Below, in pieces: positions 35,157 through 45,274 of a stretch of 53,148 nt of DNA. Source of the DNA: a virus (Duplodnaviria > Caudoviricetes); IMG/VR virus record IMGVR_UViG_3300044640_000694, positions 1-53,148 of that record. One strand, written 5' to 3'. Numbering within the stretch: position 1 is the first letter of the stretch; the number at the start of each line of letters is the position of its first letter. The notes beneath the pieces are model-generated. The model made no database searches. It saw only the letters and a program-made list of their open reading frames with translations, and was not told the DNA's origin. A program made the translations under genes and the position numbers.

Positions 35157-38100
35157 ATGGCTGATATAGAATCAAATATTAGATTTGGAGTAGATACTTC
35201 CGATGCTATAGCGTCTATCAAGATGCTACAGGCACAGATATCAGCCTTCCAAAAACAGATGGCCTCGTCCTCAGTTGCCAATGCAGAATCTGCTAGGAAG
35301 CTGAGGCGAGGTCTTATCGATGACCTCAATGCTAGTGGCCAGTGGTCAGCCTCAATAAAAAATATTCAGAGCTCTTCTGAGAGCTTTACCAACGCCCTTG
35401 AAAAGAACAAGCTCTCCATGGGAGAGTACTTTAGATATGGTGCATCTCAAGTTGGTGGGTTTAGAAAAACCTTCACCAAAGAGTTTGATACGATTGAAAA
35501 GGTTGCAAGAGAACGAGTCAAAGACTTACAGACTCAGTACATATCTCTTGGCCGAGATGCTAACGGTGCACTAAAGGCAATTGCTGTAAGACCACTAAAG
35601 CTAGATATGGAAAGTCTGGCTACCCAGACAGCAATCAATGCTCAAAGACAGCAAATATTTAATCAGCTACTAAAGCAGGGTTCTACTAATCTTCTAAACT
35701 TTGGTAAGAACACTCAGTGGGCTGGTCGCCAGCTTATGGTTGGTTTTACAATTCCTTTATCCATATTTGGAACAATGGCTTCCAAAACATTCATGGAACT
35801 AGAGCAGCAAGCAATTAGATTCAAGCGTGTTTATGGAGAGTTGTTTACTCCTCCTGAAGAAGCCGATGAGATGATTGATACTCTTAAGGAGCTTGCAAAA
35901 GAATTTACTAAGTATGGTGTAGCGGTAGAAAAGACTCTTGGTCTAGCAGCTGATGCAGCAGCCATGGGTAAGACTGGAGTGGAACTTCTTGACCAGGTAA
36001 CAGAAGCAAACCGCCTAGCAGTTCTTGGTAATGTAGAGCAGCAGCAAGCACTTGAAACAACCATCTCTCTAACTAACGCATTTGGAACTGCAACTGAGGA
36101 TTTGGCAAAGAAGATTGACTTCCTAAACGCAGTTGAAAACCAAACGGTAGTTAGCATTGAAGACCTAACCATTGCTATTCCTAAAGCAGGTCCAGTTGTA
36201 CAACAGCTAGGTGGAGACGTAGAAGACCTTGCATTCTTCTTGACAGCCATGAAAGAAGGTGGAATTAATGCCTCTGAAGGTGCTAACGCCCTAAAGTCTG
36301 GTCTTGCATCCTTGATTAATCCAACTGGTCAAGCAGCAAACATGCTAAAGGTTTTTGGTATTAATGTCAAGGAAATTGTTGATGGCTCACGTGGAGACGT
36401 ACGTAAGCTAGTTGTAGACTTTGCTTCTGCACTAGATACACTGGACCCGTCACAAAGAGCACAAGCTATTGAGCAGCTATTTGGTAAGTTCCAGTTCTCT
36501 CGTCTATCTACGTTGTTCCAGAACGTAATTCAAGAGGGCACTCAGGCATCTCGTGTTCTAGAGCTAACTAATGCAACAACTCAAGAGCTTGCACAACTAT
36601 CCTCAAAAGAGTTGAAGCGTGTAGAAGAGTCTACAACATTTAGATTCAAGAAAGCCATTGAAGAATTTAATGCAGCTGTTGCTCCAGTCGGAGAGCAGTT
36701 CCTAAAACTAATTACCCCAATTATTGAGTTTGCCACAAAGATCATTGAGCAGTTTAACTCTCTAAGTGACAATGCAAAGGGATTTATTACTGGACTTACT
36801 GTTTTGCTTGGTGCCGTAGGTCCAGTAGCACTTATGACATTTGGTCTATTGGCCAACGGTGTTGCAAACATTATTAAGGGATTTACCTTTGTAAGAGAGC
36901 TATTCCAAAGAACTGGTAAGCAATCAACTATTCTTGGAGAGCAGTTTGACTATCTGACAACAGAGCAGCTTCAGGCAGCTGCAGTTTCAGCGTCTCTTGA
37001 TCAAGTTCACCAGACATTAATTCAGACATTCTCATCAGAAGCAAGTGCTGTAAAGAAGCTTGGCGATGTTTATAGAATGGCATTTAATGAACAGCAAAGA
37101 TTCGATACTGGTAGAGCAATTGCAAAGCAAGCAGGTCTAAAGCTTGCATCTGGAATTGTTTCCGTTCCAGGACCTAAGGGTGCAGGAGATATTGTACCAG
37201 CAGTCTTGTCCCCAGGCGAAGCAGTTATTCCTGCCGATGCAGCAAAGAAGTATGCTCCTATTATTCAGGGTATGATTGCAGGAAACCTTCCTGGATTTAG
37301 CCAAGGTGTAATGCTTGGTATGCCTCGCTCTGGTAAGGGCACTCAGAAGGACAGAGAAGCAGCTGAGCAGATCTATGAAATGTTCCTTCAGAGCTCTTAT
37401 GCCAGTGTTCCTCCTAGAAAGTATGGGCACCAGCTTGCTAAGACTACTGGACACAGCTTCCCAATTTTTGGTCTTGGCGGAGTATACATGTCTCCAGAAG
37501 GCGAAAAGGTATTCGTAAAGCCAGTACTTGATGAAAGAGCTGCAGTTGCAGAAATGAGAGCAACAGAGATTGCTCGTAGGGCTCATGGACTAAAGTCACC
37601 TGAGCAGCGAATTGTGGTGATGCAAGACCCTACAGATGTTAGGAGACAAAGAAGATTCCTTGCCCTTGAGTCACCGCTAGACCCCACATTTGCCAACAAC
37701 CAGCCAATGGCACTATTTAATGAAGAGCAGTACTTTAGACAGTTAGTTGCCTCTCTTCTTCGTGTAGACAAAGACTTGTCAGCATCTAACGTCTTTGGAG
37801 ATGTTGTTGCAGACGTAGGTCCTGCAGGTGTATTTACTAGAGCATCTGGTCTAAGAGACTATGCAGAAAATCTTCCATCTATGGAAGAGCAGGCAATGAT
37901 AAATCTACTTGGAATCAAGGGTGGTGCAAAGAGGGCATTTGCGGAATCAACACTGTCGTTGATGGCTGGACTAACACCACAGCAGTACCAGCAAAGAATG
38001 GTCTCTGAAATTCAAAGGGTTATTCCACTTCTAGAAGAAACAATAGCTAGCTTTAACCTAACAGACCCAAGAGAAGTCAAGGTATACCAAGATATGGTAG

Positions 38101-41100
38101 CTAGACTTCGCCAGGGACTAGGTGTTGATTGGTCTAAGTTCCACGCTATTCACTCTGCTGTAAAGCCAACTCAGCCAAAGCAAACTACAGTTCCAGGCTA
38201 CAAGAATGGTGTTGTTAGCGTACCAGGACCAAAGGGTGCTGGAGATGTTATGCCAGCGATGCTGTCTCCTGGAGAAGCAGTTATCCCAGCAGACAAGGCT
38301 AAAAAGTATGCTGGATTTATTCAGCAAATGATTTATGGAAAGATTCCTGGATATGAAGATAGCAATGTTGTAAAGGTAACTCAAACTAGACTAAGGCAGT
38401 CATTTGGAGATTCTGGAACAACTAGACTGCAGGCAAGTCACTTCCAAGGACTGACTCCAGAAGAAGCACTTGAAACATTAAGAAAAGATTTAGCTCTGCT
38501 TGGCAAAGAGGCAAAAGATTCATCTGTTCTGGTTAGAGAGTATTATGAAGAAGTTGATGAGTCTGGCAAAAAGGTTGTTGTTGCTAAAGATAGCATAATG
38601 ACACTTTCCGAAGTTGTTGAAAAGTTTGCAGATGGAAAAACAAAAATGGCATTTGGAGGTCAAACCTTTGGAGCCTCTACAGTTTTAGAGTCAGCAGTAA
38701 GAAATCAAAAAGCATATGCAAAGATGGAGTCTGCCATGTCTCCAGAAGAACGTGCTACGATTGGAAAATTGGGTGCTCCAGAAACTCTTCAAGACCTAGT
38801 TGTTCAAGGAGATCTTGCTGCTAGAGCCTTGGTACAGTTTAAAGGAAAGCTTACAAAAGAAGTTCAAACGGTTTTAGAGAATATTGTAAATGAAGGAAAT
38901 AATGCTAAGGCTGCCCTAGCCTCCACAAACTCGGCAGAAGAGCAATTGGCATTTGCAATTTCTCAAAGAGAAAAGTCTATTAAAACACACATACAGTATG
39001 CGGATGCTACGCTAACAGCTTCTCAAAAAGAAGAAAAGATAGCAGCAGTAAATCAAGAACTTGAAAATATTAAACAAATGTATGTAAAAGAACTTCAAGA
39101 GGGAATGTCTGAGCAAGATGCACTAAATAAGGCAGTTGCAAGATTAAGAATGTTAGCACTAGAGAATTCTTCATATGGTCCAGAAGGCATGATGGCACTG
39201 CATGTGGGAGATGTGCCTAATAGTGTTATAAAGCAGGCAGCAGGAAACAAGATTTCTGAAACAAGCTCATCTGGTAGAGAGACCGTTTCAAACTTTAAGT
39301 CTTTGCAAAGACTTCCAGTAGGACTTCCAACTACAGCTGTAGTGGCAAATATTGCACAGGATATGATTTTGGCAGGAGCCGAATCAGCAAGAGTTAATGC
39401 AGAAAGTCTTGATGCATTTGCACGACAAGCCGTGGTTGATTACTTAGACAGCTTCTATAATGGCATAACTGATGGAATGATGGACTTTGCACAAATCAAC
39501 TCTCCATCAGACAGAACAGATGACACAATTGGTAAGCCTTTGGTTGAGGGTATGGAGGCTGGTGCCCTATCTGGTAAAGATGACATGCAGCAGGCTGGTG
39601 CTATTTTGGCAGAAACCGCTGCAGATTCCGCTGCAGCAGCTGCAGGTGGAGCAGGAACACGTGGACCATCAGGTGCAGTTAAAGTTGGAAAGAGAAGAGT
39701 TACAACAAATCCAGCAGCTATCGCTGCATATCAAGAAGAGCAGGGACTACAGACACAGACCAAGCCTGGTCCACGTAGAGCATCTAGACCATCAACAGAT
39801 CTAGGGGCAGCAGCTAGAGAACAGGCAATGACATCAGCACTAGTTGCAGAAGCAAACCAAAGTCAGGCAAGAGCAGCCACAGAGTCTGCTGCAAAGATGC
39901 AAGCAATGAACTCCATGATCATGAACGGCACATTTGCACTGAGCTCTTTAACTGGTGTTCTATCGCTATTTGGTGGGGAATTTGCAGAACTGAACCAAAC
40001 TCTATTTGGTATAACCACAGCACTGTTTACCTTAATGCAAGTTACTCAAATGCTTACTCAGGCAAAGGTAGTAGAGATTGCTAAAACTCAATTTAGTGCA
40101 GCTACTGCCAGGGTAGAGGGTTTAACAAGAGCAGCAAATATGGCTGGCAAACCTTTGGTAGGATTTGGAGGTATGCTATTAAAGGCTGGAACTTTTGTAG
40201 CTAGATTCCTTGGACCAATGGGTCTAGCAATAACAGCAGTATCAGTATTTGCTGCCCTTATTGGATTTGCGATTGATAAAGAGAATAAGAGAAGGGCTGC
40301 ACTAGAAGCATTTGCGAAGACTGTAAAGCTTGCAGATGAACAGCTAGATTATTTAGCAAGTAAGTTTAATGTCACTGCAAAAGAGATCTCGTTTGGTGAG
40401 CCAATTGCTCCAGGAGAAGAACCAAGTGGTGCTCCAACATCATCACAGCTAAGATCTGATGAAGACTTCTTGACTAAGTTTGAGGCACAGATTAACTCCC
40501 TAAAGAGTGCTACAGATGAAGCTGCAGTTCAGCAAATTGAAGGCCTCTCAATGAACCTAAGCTCACAGGGATACTCTGCTGCAGCAATTAAGGAAATTAC
40601 AGAAGCTCTGCTTAAAGAGGCTGGCAAGAACCAAATAGAACTTGACATATTTAAGAAAAATCCAGACGGCACACTATTTATTGATGTAGACCCAAAGAAA
40701 ACCGTTGAGGATCTAGTTACAAATATTCAAAAGAGCGGTGCAGAACTTGTAGCTGCCAAGCGAGGCAGTATGGGTGCTGGCAATGCAGAAGACCAGTATC
40801 TGTCAGATGTTGGTTCTGCAGTAGCATATACAGATGCTGCATTGCGTCAAATAAGAGCAGGGCTTGAAGACGGTACGCTAGAAGCTCAAGATTATCAAGA
40901 TCAGCTAGCACAAATATTTACTCCGATCACAGAACTTCAGGGAGATGACTTAACTACCTTTATCGAAAGTCTAGCCGAGTCAATGGACATAGATGTTGAT
41001 GCACTTACCTCAGACTATGACAAAGTGCTTGCAGCTAAGATGGCAGTTGCAGGACTAGAAATCTCAGATGATGATGTTAAGACTCTTAATGCAGGTGGAA

Positions 41101-44100
41101 AAGAAGCAGAAGCGGTCAGAAAGAGACTAAATAAGTTAATTTTAGGTCAGGCTGACAATATCAAGAAGGTTGTTAATGAAAGAGCACAAGAAAAGCTAAT
41201 TGATGAAAACTATGGAACAGCAACCGCAGCACTAAATGACAGAGTAGTTGCACTTCAAAATCAATCTGGTGCATACCAGACCCTGATTGATCAGGGCTAT
41301 GATGCAGAGACAGCGTTTGAACTTGCTGGAGACTCTGCCTTAGCTGCTGGTATTCAAGCTGCTATTGGTGCTGGTGTTGGTAGCCAAGAGTGGAAAGACC
41401 TAAAGGCACTACTTGATCAGGTAATTGATTTAGAGGCTAAGGCACCTAAGGGTCCAGGCGGAGCTGGTGACAAGTCAGATTATCAGAAGTCAATAGAGTC
41501 TTTGCAGGATCAAAGAAAAGAAATTATTAACAACAATGTTGCACTTAATAAGCTAAGGCAGGCTGGTTTTGATATCGCCAGTGCAATGAAGGCAGCAGAA
41601 GACCCAATTACTGCAGCAGCTCTAGCCAGCACTAAGGTCGGAACTGATAAGTGGAAAAACCTAATTAGCTCTATTAGACAGACACAGGCACTGTTGTCTA
41701 AGAAAGAAATTAAGGACTTGCTACTTGGCAAACAGATTGAAATTGCAGACAAGAAGTCACAAGCCATTGTGTCTACTGCACTTTCTAGACTGGGGTACAC
41801 GGCAGAACAGATTGACGATGTTCTATCTAATCAAGAATTTACAAACACTCTAGCTAAAGATCTTCAAGATGGTTCTATTAATTCTAAAGAGTTGCGAGAT
41901 GTGCTTATTGAGATTAAGAAACTAGGAAAGCTAGAGATTACAGCTAACCTTGCAACCAAGGAAGGTGCTGCAGAAGAATTCCAGAAGAGTTACGATAAAG
42001 TTGTTGGATACCTCCAGGCCAAGCAGGAAACAATTGAAATAGGCTTCCAGCTAAAAACTGATGCTGATAGAACTATTGTTCGTGAAGCAGAAGACCTAAT
42101 TGCAGCAATTCAGTACAAGATTGATGACTATGAGGCAGAGCTTGTCGGTATTGAAGAGCAAGAAGAGCTTATTAACAAGAAGTATGATGATAGAAAAGCA
42201 GCCCTTGATAAAATCGCTAAGGCAAATGATAGAATTGCCAAGCAGCAAAAGGGTCAGCTAACTCTTGCAGATGCTCTTAGCAAGGGTGATATGGCTGCTG
42301 CTGCCCAGGCTATTCAGGACATTAGAGCACAGCAAGCAGAAGACAGTGTAGCTGGACAGGGAGACCTTCTAGAAGCTTCAAAGCAGCGAGAACTTGATGC
42401 AGTGCGATCTTCAAGCGGTAAGAGCAGAAAGCAACTTGAAGAAGATATTAAGAAGCTTAAGAAGGATATTTTTGATATTGAAGAAAAGACTCTTGAGCCA
42501 GCTAATGAAAGAATCCGACTTGCAGGCGTAGAAAAGGCAGCAGCTGTAGCTAGTCTAGATTCACAAATTTTAAAGTGGGAAGAACTTGCTGCAAAGGTAA
42601 ATGAGGCAAAACTTAAGCTTACCCCAGAAGAAATGACTGCAATGCAGACACAAGCAGGTCTTATTGCAGATATGCTACAAAATTGGGATGACATTGATAG
42701 TAAGGAAGCTACTCTTACAATTAGAAAGAAAATAATTGGGGATGTCGTAGATGGGCCTAAGCCTCCTAAGCCTCCAGTTGTTCCTGGTGATAGTGGCGGT
42801 GGAAGTGGTAGCGATAGTGATAGCGGAAATACAGATAGTTCTACTAACTTTAGAGATTCTGGTCTAAGTACTGCTGGATATATTAATAGAACAGACGAAG
42901 GCACTTTGGCAAGAATTCCAACAAAGCCAACTTCAGATGCTGGTATTGGTAAGACCTGGCAGCTAGATGCTACAAATACTTGGAGAGCTGTTACAAGTCC
43001 TAAGCCACCGTACAACCCTGGAATTGGAAATACTTGGTATTGGGATACCTTTACGGATACCTGGAGAATTCAGCCAATTGCTGGACCTAAAAAGCTAGCA
43101 GTAGGTGGGTCCGTAACTGGGCCTGGCACATCAACTTCTGACTCTATTCCTGCAATGCTTTCTGACGGAGAATATGTTGTTCGTGCCTCTAGTGTTGACA
43201 AGCTTGGAACAGGATTCCTAAACTTTATTAATGAAAATGGTAAGCTGCCAGGATTTGCTATTGGGGGTGCTGTAAGTAAGCAAAAGCCAAAACCAAAACC
43301 TGGTGATGCAGGATTCTATAAGCCAAGAACCACATCTGAGGCTATCAGCATGGGTATGCAGATGGTTATGGATAACATAACTAGAGGCATGTTTGGTCAA
43401 GCTGGTGCAAATGCTAAGTACGGTGTTAAAAATACAGCTGGAGATGTCGTTGATTCAGTTGCCACAACACTACTAAATGCTTTGCCAATTCCTGCAGTAA
43501 AGGGAGTTATGTCTACTGCAAAGTTTGGTAAAGCAGTTAAAAACTCATTAGATAAAGATTATGTTTTAAGAAGAACACAAATGGTAGATACGCTACCAGC
43601 AATTCCTGGAATGCCACCTCAGAAGGTTACCCCTTACCCAGTCACAAAGAGAGTAGAGGCTCTTTCTCCATCTCTCTATGCCAGCATTCTAAAGGATAAA
43701 AAAGCTGGAACTCGCTCAGCCGATGATTTCTTGCAAACGTTGCCACTAAGAGGGTTTGAAGATTATTCGGTTAGAACGCAAAACTTTATGGGTAACATGT
43801 TGGGGTCCAACCTACCATATCAAATGAGGAGAAAAGTTGAAACTGGAATCTCTAGTTTGGTTAACAAGGTCGCATCTCCTGGGATAAGATCAATTCCAGA
43901 AACGTTAAGACTTCGCCACAGAAGCACTCAGCCATTGCTAGAAGACTTTGTGACCCACCCATCAGCAGTTCCTGTTGCATCTGGTAGAACTTATGGCCCA
44001 GGAACATACTTTGCAAAAGATCCAAGAACCTCTAAAAGGCTTTTCCGTGGCTTTGGAGATAACGTATATAAACCAAAATTGACTATTCAGGGCATGGTAG

Positions 44101-44633
44101 AGCAGGCAAAAAGTAAGGGATACCTAAAACTTGGCGAAGACAGCCTACCACCTTTGGGAAATATGGATTGGAATGATCCATTTATTCAGGATGCCATGAA
44201 GCAGGGGTATATTGGGATAAAGCATAACGATGCGTACACTAACTGGCTAATTGGAACTAGTGAAGACTTTAGTCTAAAGAAGGTTACTAAGTTTAAGTTG
44301 CCTCAATTAGGAAACCCATATGCAATGGGTGGGCTAGTAAAGCCAAAGTACTTTAATGCTGGTGGAATGGTTAAGGGATATGCTATGGGTGGGGACATCG
44401 TGCCATCTATGCTTACCCCTGGAGAATTTGTAATGAGCAAGTATGCTGTTCAAAATTATGGACTAGATAAGATGAAAGCTATAAATTCTGGCACATACAA
44501 CGGAGATTCCATGTATAATTATGAGATAAATGTTAATGTTCAAACAGATGCAAACGCAGATCAAATTGCCAAGGCAGTTATTGGACAAATTAAGCAGATT
44601 GATTCTCAAAAAATTAGGGGGAATAGGTTCTAA
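35157..44633 (+). CDS. Tape measure protein (3158 aa) with embedded accessory domains
   Basis: TP901-like core (GGINASEGANALKSGLASL, EQLFGK), long Ala-rich helices, hydrophobic segments, INSPS motif; position after the chaperones. Confidence 0.92.
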   Translation: MADIESNIRFGVDTSDAIASIKMLQAQISAFQKQMASSSVANAESARKLRRGLIDDLNASGQWSASIKNIQSSSESFTNALEKNKLSMGEYFRYGASQVGGFRKTFTKEFDTIEKVARERVKDLQTQYISLGRDANGALKAIAVRPLKLDMESLATQTAINAQRQQIFNQLLKQGSTNLLNFGKNTQWAGRQLMVGFTIPLSIFGTMASKTFMELEQQAIRFKRVYGELFTPPEEADEMIDTLKELAKEFTKYGVAVEKTLGLAADAAAMGKTGVELLDQVTEANRLAVLGNVEQQQALETTISLTNAFGTATEDLAKKIDFLNAVENQTVVSIEDLTIAIPKAGPVVQQLGGDVEDLAFFLTAMKEGGINASEGANALKSGLASLINPTGQAANMLKVFGINVKEIVDGSRGDVRKLVVDFASALDTLDPSQRAQAIEQLFGKFQFSRLSTLFQNVIQEGTQASRVLELTNATTQELAQLSSKELKRVEESTTFRFKKAIEEFNAAVAPVGEQFLKLITPIIEFATKIIEQFNSLSDNAKGFITGLTVLLGAVGPVALMTFGLLANGVANIIKGFTFVRELFQRTGKQSTILGEQFDYLTTEQLQAAAVSASLDQVHQTLIQTFSSEASAVKKLGDVYRMAFNEQQRFDTGRAIAKQAGLKLASGIVSVPGPKGAGDIVPAVLSPGEAVIPADAAKKYAPIIQGMIAGNLPGFSQGVMLGMPRSGKGTQKDREAAEQIYEMFLQSSYASVPPRKYGHQLAKTTGHSFPIFGLGGVYMSPEGEKVFVKPVLDERAAVAEMRATEIARRAHGLKSPEQRIVVMQDPTDVRRQRRFLALESPLDPTFANNQPMALFNEEQYFRQLVASLLRVDKDLSASNVFGDVVADVGPAGVFTRASGLRDYAENLPSMEEQAMINLLGIKGGAKRAFAESTLSLMAGLTPQQYQQRMVSEIQRVIPLLEETIASFNLTDPREVKVYQDMVARLRQGLGVDWSKFHAIHSAVKPTQPKQTTVPGYKNGVVSVPGPKGAGDVMPAMLSPGEAVIPADKAKKYAGFIQQMIYGKIPGYEDSNVVKVTQTRLRQSFGDSGTTRLQASHFQGLTPEEALETLRKDLALLGKEAKDSSVLVREYYEEVDESGKKVVVAKDSIMTLSEVVEKFADGKTKMAFGGQTFGASTVLESAVRNQKAYAKMESAMSPEERATIGKLGAPETLQDLVVQGDLAARALVQFKGKLTKEVQTVLENIVNEGNNAKAALASTNSAEEQLAFAISQREKSIKTHIQYADATLTASQKEEKIAAVNQELENIKQMYVKELQEGMSEQDALNKAVARLRMLALENSSYGPEGMMALHVGDVPNSVIKQAAGNKISETSSSGRETVSNFKSLQRLPVGLPTTAVVANIAQDMILAGAESARVNAESLDAFARQAVVDYLDSFYNGITDGMMDFAQINSPSDRTDDTIGKPLVEGMEAGALSGKDDMQQAGAILAETAADSAAAAAGGAGTRGPSGAVKVGKRRVTTNPAAIAAYQEEQGLQTQTKPGPRRASRPSTDLGAAAREQAMTSALVAEANQSQARAATESAAKMQAMNSMIMNGTFALSSLTGVLSLFGGEFAELNQTLFGITTALFTLMQVTQMLTQAKVVEIAKTQFSAATARVEGLTRAANMAGKPLVGFGGMLLKAGTFVARFLGPMGLAITAVSVFAALIGFAIDKENKRRAALEAFAKTVKLADEQLDYLASKFNVTAKEISFGEPIAPGEEPSGAPTSSQLRSDEDFLTKFEAQINSLKSATDEAAVQQIEGLSMNLSSQGYSAAAIKEITEALLKEAGKNQIELDIFKKNPDGTLFIDVDPKKTVEDLVTNIQKSGAELVAAKRGSMGAGNAEDQYLSDVGSAVAYTDAALRQIRAGLEDGTLEAQDYQDQLAQIFTPITELQGDDLTTFIESLAESMDIDVDALTSDYDKVLAAKMAVAGLEISDDDVKTLNAGGKEAEAVRKRLNKLILGQADNIKKVVNERAQEKLIDENYGTATAALNDRVVALQNQSGAYQTLIDQGYDAETAFELAGDSALAAGIQAAIGAGVGSQEWKDLKALLDQVIDLEAKAPKGPGGAGDKSDYQKSIESLQDQRKEIINNNVALNKLRQAGFDIASAMKAAEDPITAAALASTKVGTDKWKNLISSIRQTQALLSKKEIKDLLLGKQIEIADKKSQAIVSTALSRLGYTAEQIDDVLSNQEFTNTLAKDLQDGSINSKELRDVLIEIKKLGKLEITANLATKEGAAEEFQKSYDKVVGYLQAKQETIEIGFQLKTDADRTIVREAEDLIAAIQYKIDDYEAELVGIEEQEELINKKYDDRKAALDKIAKANDRIAKQQKGQLTLADALSKGDMAAAAQAIQDIRAQQAEDSVAGQGDLLEASKQRELDAVRSSSGKSRKQLEEDIKKLKKDIFDIEEKTLEPANERIRLAGVEKAAAVASLDSQILKWEELAAKVNEAKLKLTPEEMTAMQTQAGLIADMLQNWDDIDSKEATLTIRKKIIGDVVDGPKPPKPPVVPGDSGGGSGSDSDSGNTDSSTNFRDSGLSTAGYINRTDEGTLARIPTKPTSDAGIGKTWQLDATNTWRAVTSPKPPYNPGIGNTWYWDTFTDTWRIQPIAGPKKLAVGGSVTGPGTSTSDSIPAMLSDGEYVVRASSVDKLGTGFLNFINENGKLPGFAIGGAVSKQKPKPKPGDAGFYKPRTTSEAISMGMQMVMDNITRGMFGQAGANAKYGVKNTAGDVVDSVATTLLNALPIPAVKGVMSTAKFGKAVKNSLDKDYVLRRTQMVDTLPAIPGMPPQKVTPYPVTKRVEALSPSLYASILKDKKAGTRSADDFLQTLPLRGFEDYSVRTQNFMGNMLGSNLPYQMRRKVETGISSLVNKVASPGIRSIPETLRLRHRSTQPLLEDFVTHPSAVPVASGRTYGPGTYFAKDPRTSKRLFRGFGDNVYKPKLTIQGMVEQAKSKGYLKLGEDSLPPLGNMDWNDPFIQDAMKQGYIGIKHNDAYTNWLIGTSEDFSLKKVTKFKLPQLGNPYAMGGLVKPKYFNAGGMVKGYAMGGDIVPSMLTPGEFVMSKYAVQNYGLDKMKAINSGTYNGDSMYNYEINVNVQTDANADQIAKAVIGQIKQIDSQKIRGNRF

Positions 44634-45274
44634 TGGCTACTGAAGCTTACATGATTGGTCGTAAAAAGTATAAGCGTCCACAGGCAATGATGTGGTCAGA
44701 TAACTCTGGCACCCTTATTAATGGACTATTTGTTCCAAACGGTTTTGAGGTTGGATCAGATCCAGGTTCTGAGACTGACGAATCACTGTTCGATCAGTTT
44801 CTAATTTTGTCAGATGACAATAGGTCATCGCTAGAATTTAAGCCAACAAGAATTGAGACTCGTAAGCGAATGGTCAATGGGCGTATGCGTTCTTATCACG
44901 TTGCAGATAAGCTAACAATTTCAACTTCTTGGGATATGCTACCATCAAGATCTTATCACCTAAGACCAGACTTTAGTCAGCAAGACGGCAAGTCAGAGTA
45001 TTACAATAACAGAAGTCTAGAGTATACGACTGACGGCGGTGCAGGTGGTGTCGATATTCTTGACTGGTATGAAAATCACAAAGGTCCTTTCTGGGTATAC
45101 CTTGCTTATGATAAGCATTCAGTATTTGGTGACACCAACGATGCATATTCTAAGCTAGCTCAGTACAATCAGATAGTTGAAATGTATATTTCAGATTTTT
45201 CATATTCTGTCGTAAAGCGTGGTGGGACGAACTATGACTTTTGGAATATCTCTGTAACGCTGGAAGAGGTGTAA
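44633..45274 (+). CDS. Distal tail (Dit)-like protein
   Basis: Follows the tape measure gene; RMVNGRMRS, WNISVTLEEV ending. Confidence 0.65.
   Translation: MATEAYMIGRKKYKRPQAMMWSDNSGTLINGLFVPNGFEVGSDPGSETDESLFDQFLILSDDNRSSLEFKPTRIETRKRMVNGRMRSYHVADKLTISTSWDMLPSRSYHLRPDFSQQDGKSEYYNNRSLEYTTDGGAGGVDILDWYENHKGPFWVYLAYDKHSVFGDTNDAYSKLAQYNQIVEMYISDFSYSVVKRGGTNYDFWNISVTLEEV

Noticed and set aside
34068-35157. Programmed frameshift between the tail chaperones
   Set aside because: The long form is one continuous ORF and the short form has its own promoter and SD, so no frameshift is needed
42314-43015. 233-aa antisense ORF and other long minus-strand ORFs (e.g. 28489-28956, 35831-36250, 37137-37586)
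   Set aside because: Shadows of strongly biased plus-strand genes, with no recognisable motifs
35157-44633. Intein or intron explaining the large tape measure gene
   Set aside because: No intein splice motifs or homing-endonuclease signature recognised; the frame is continuous
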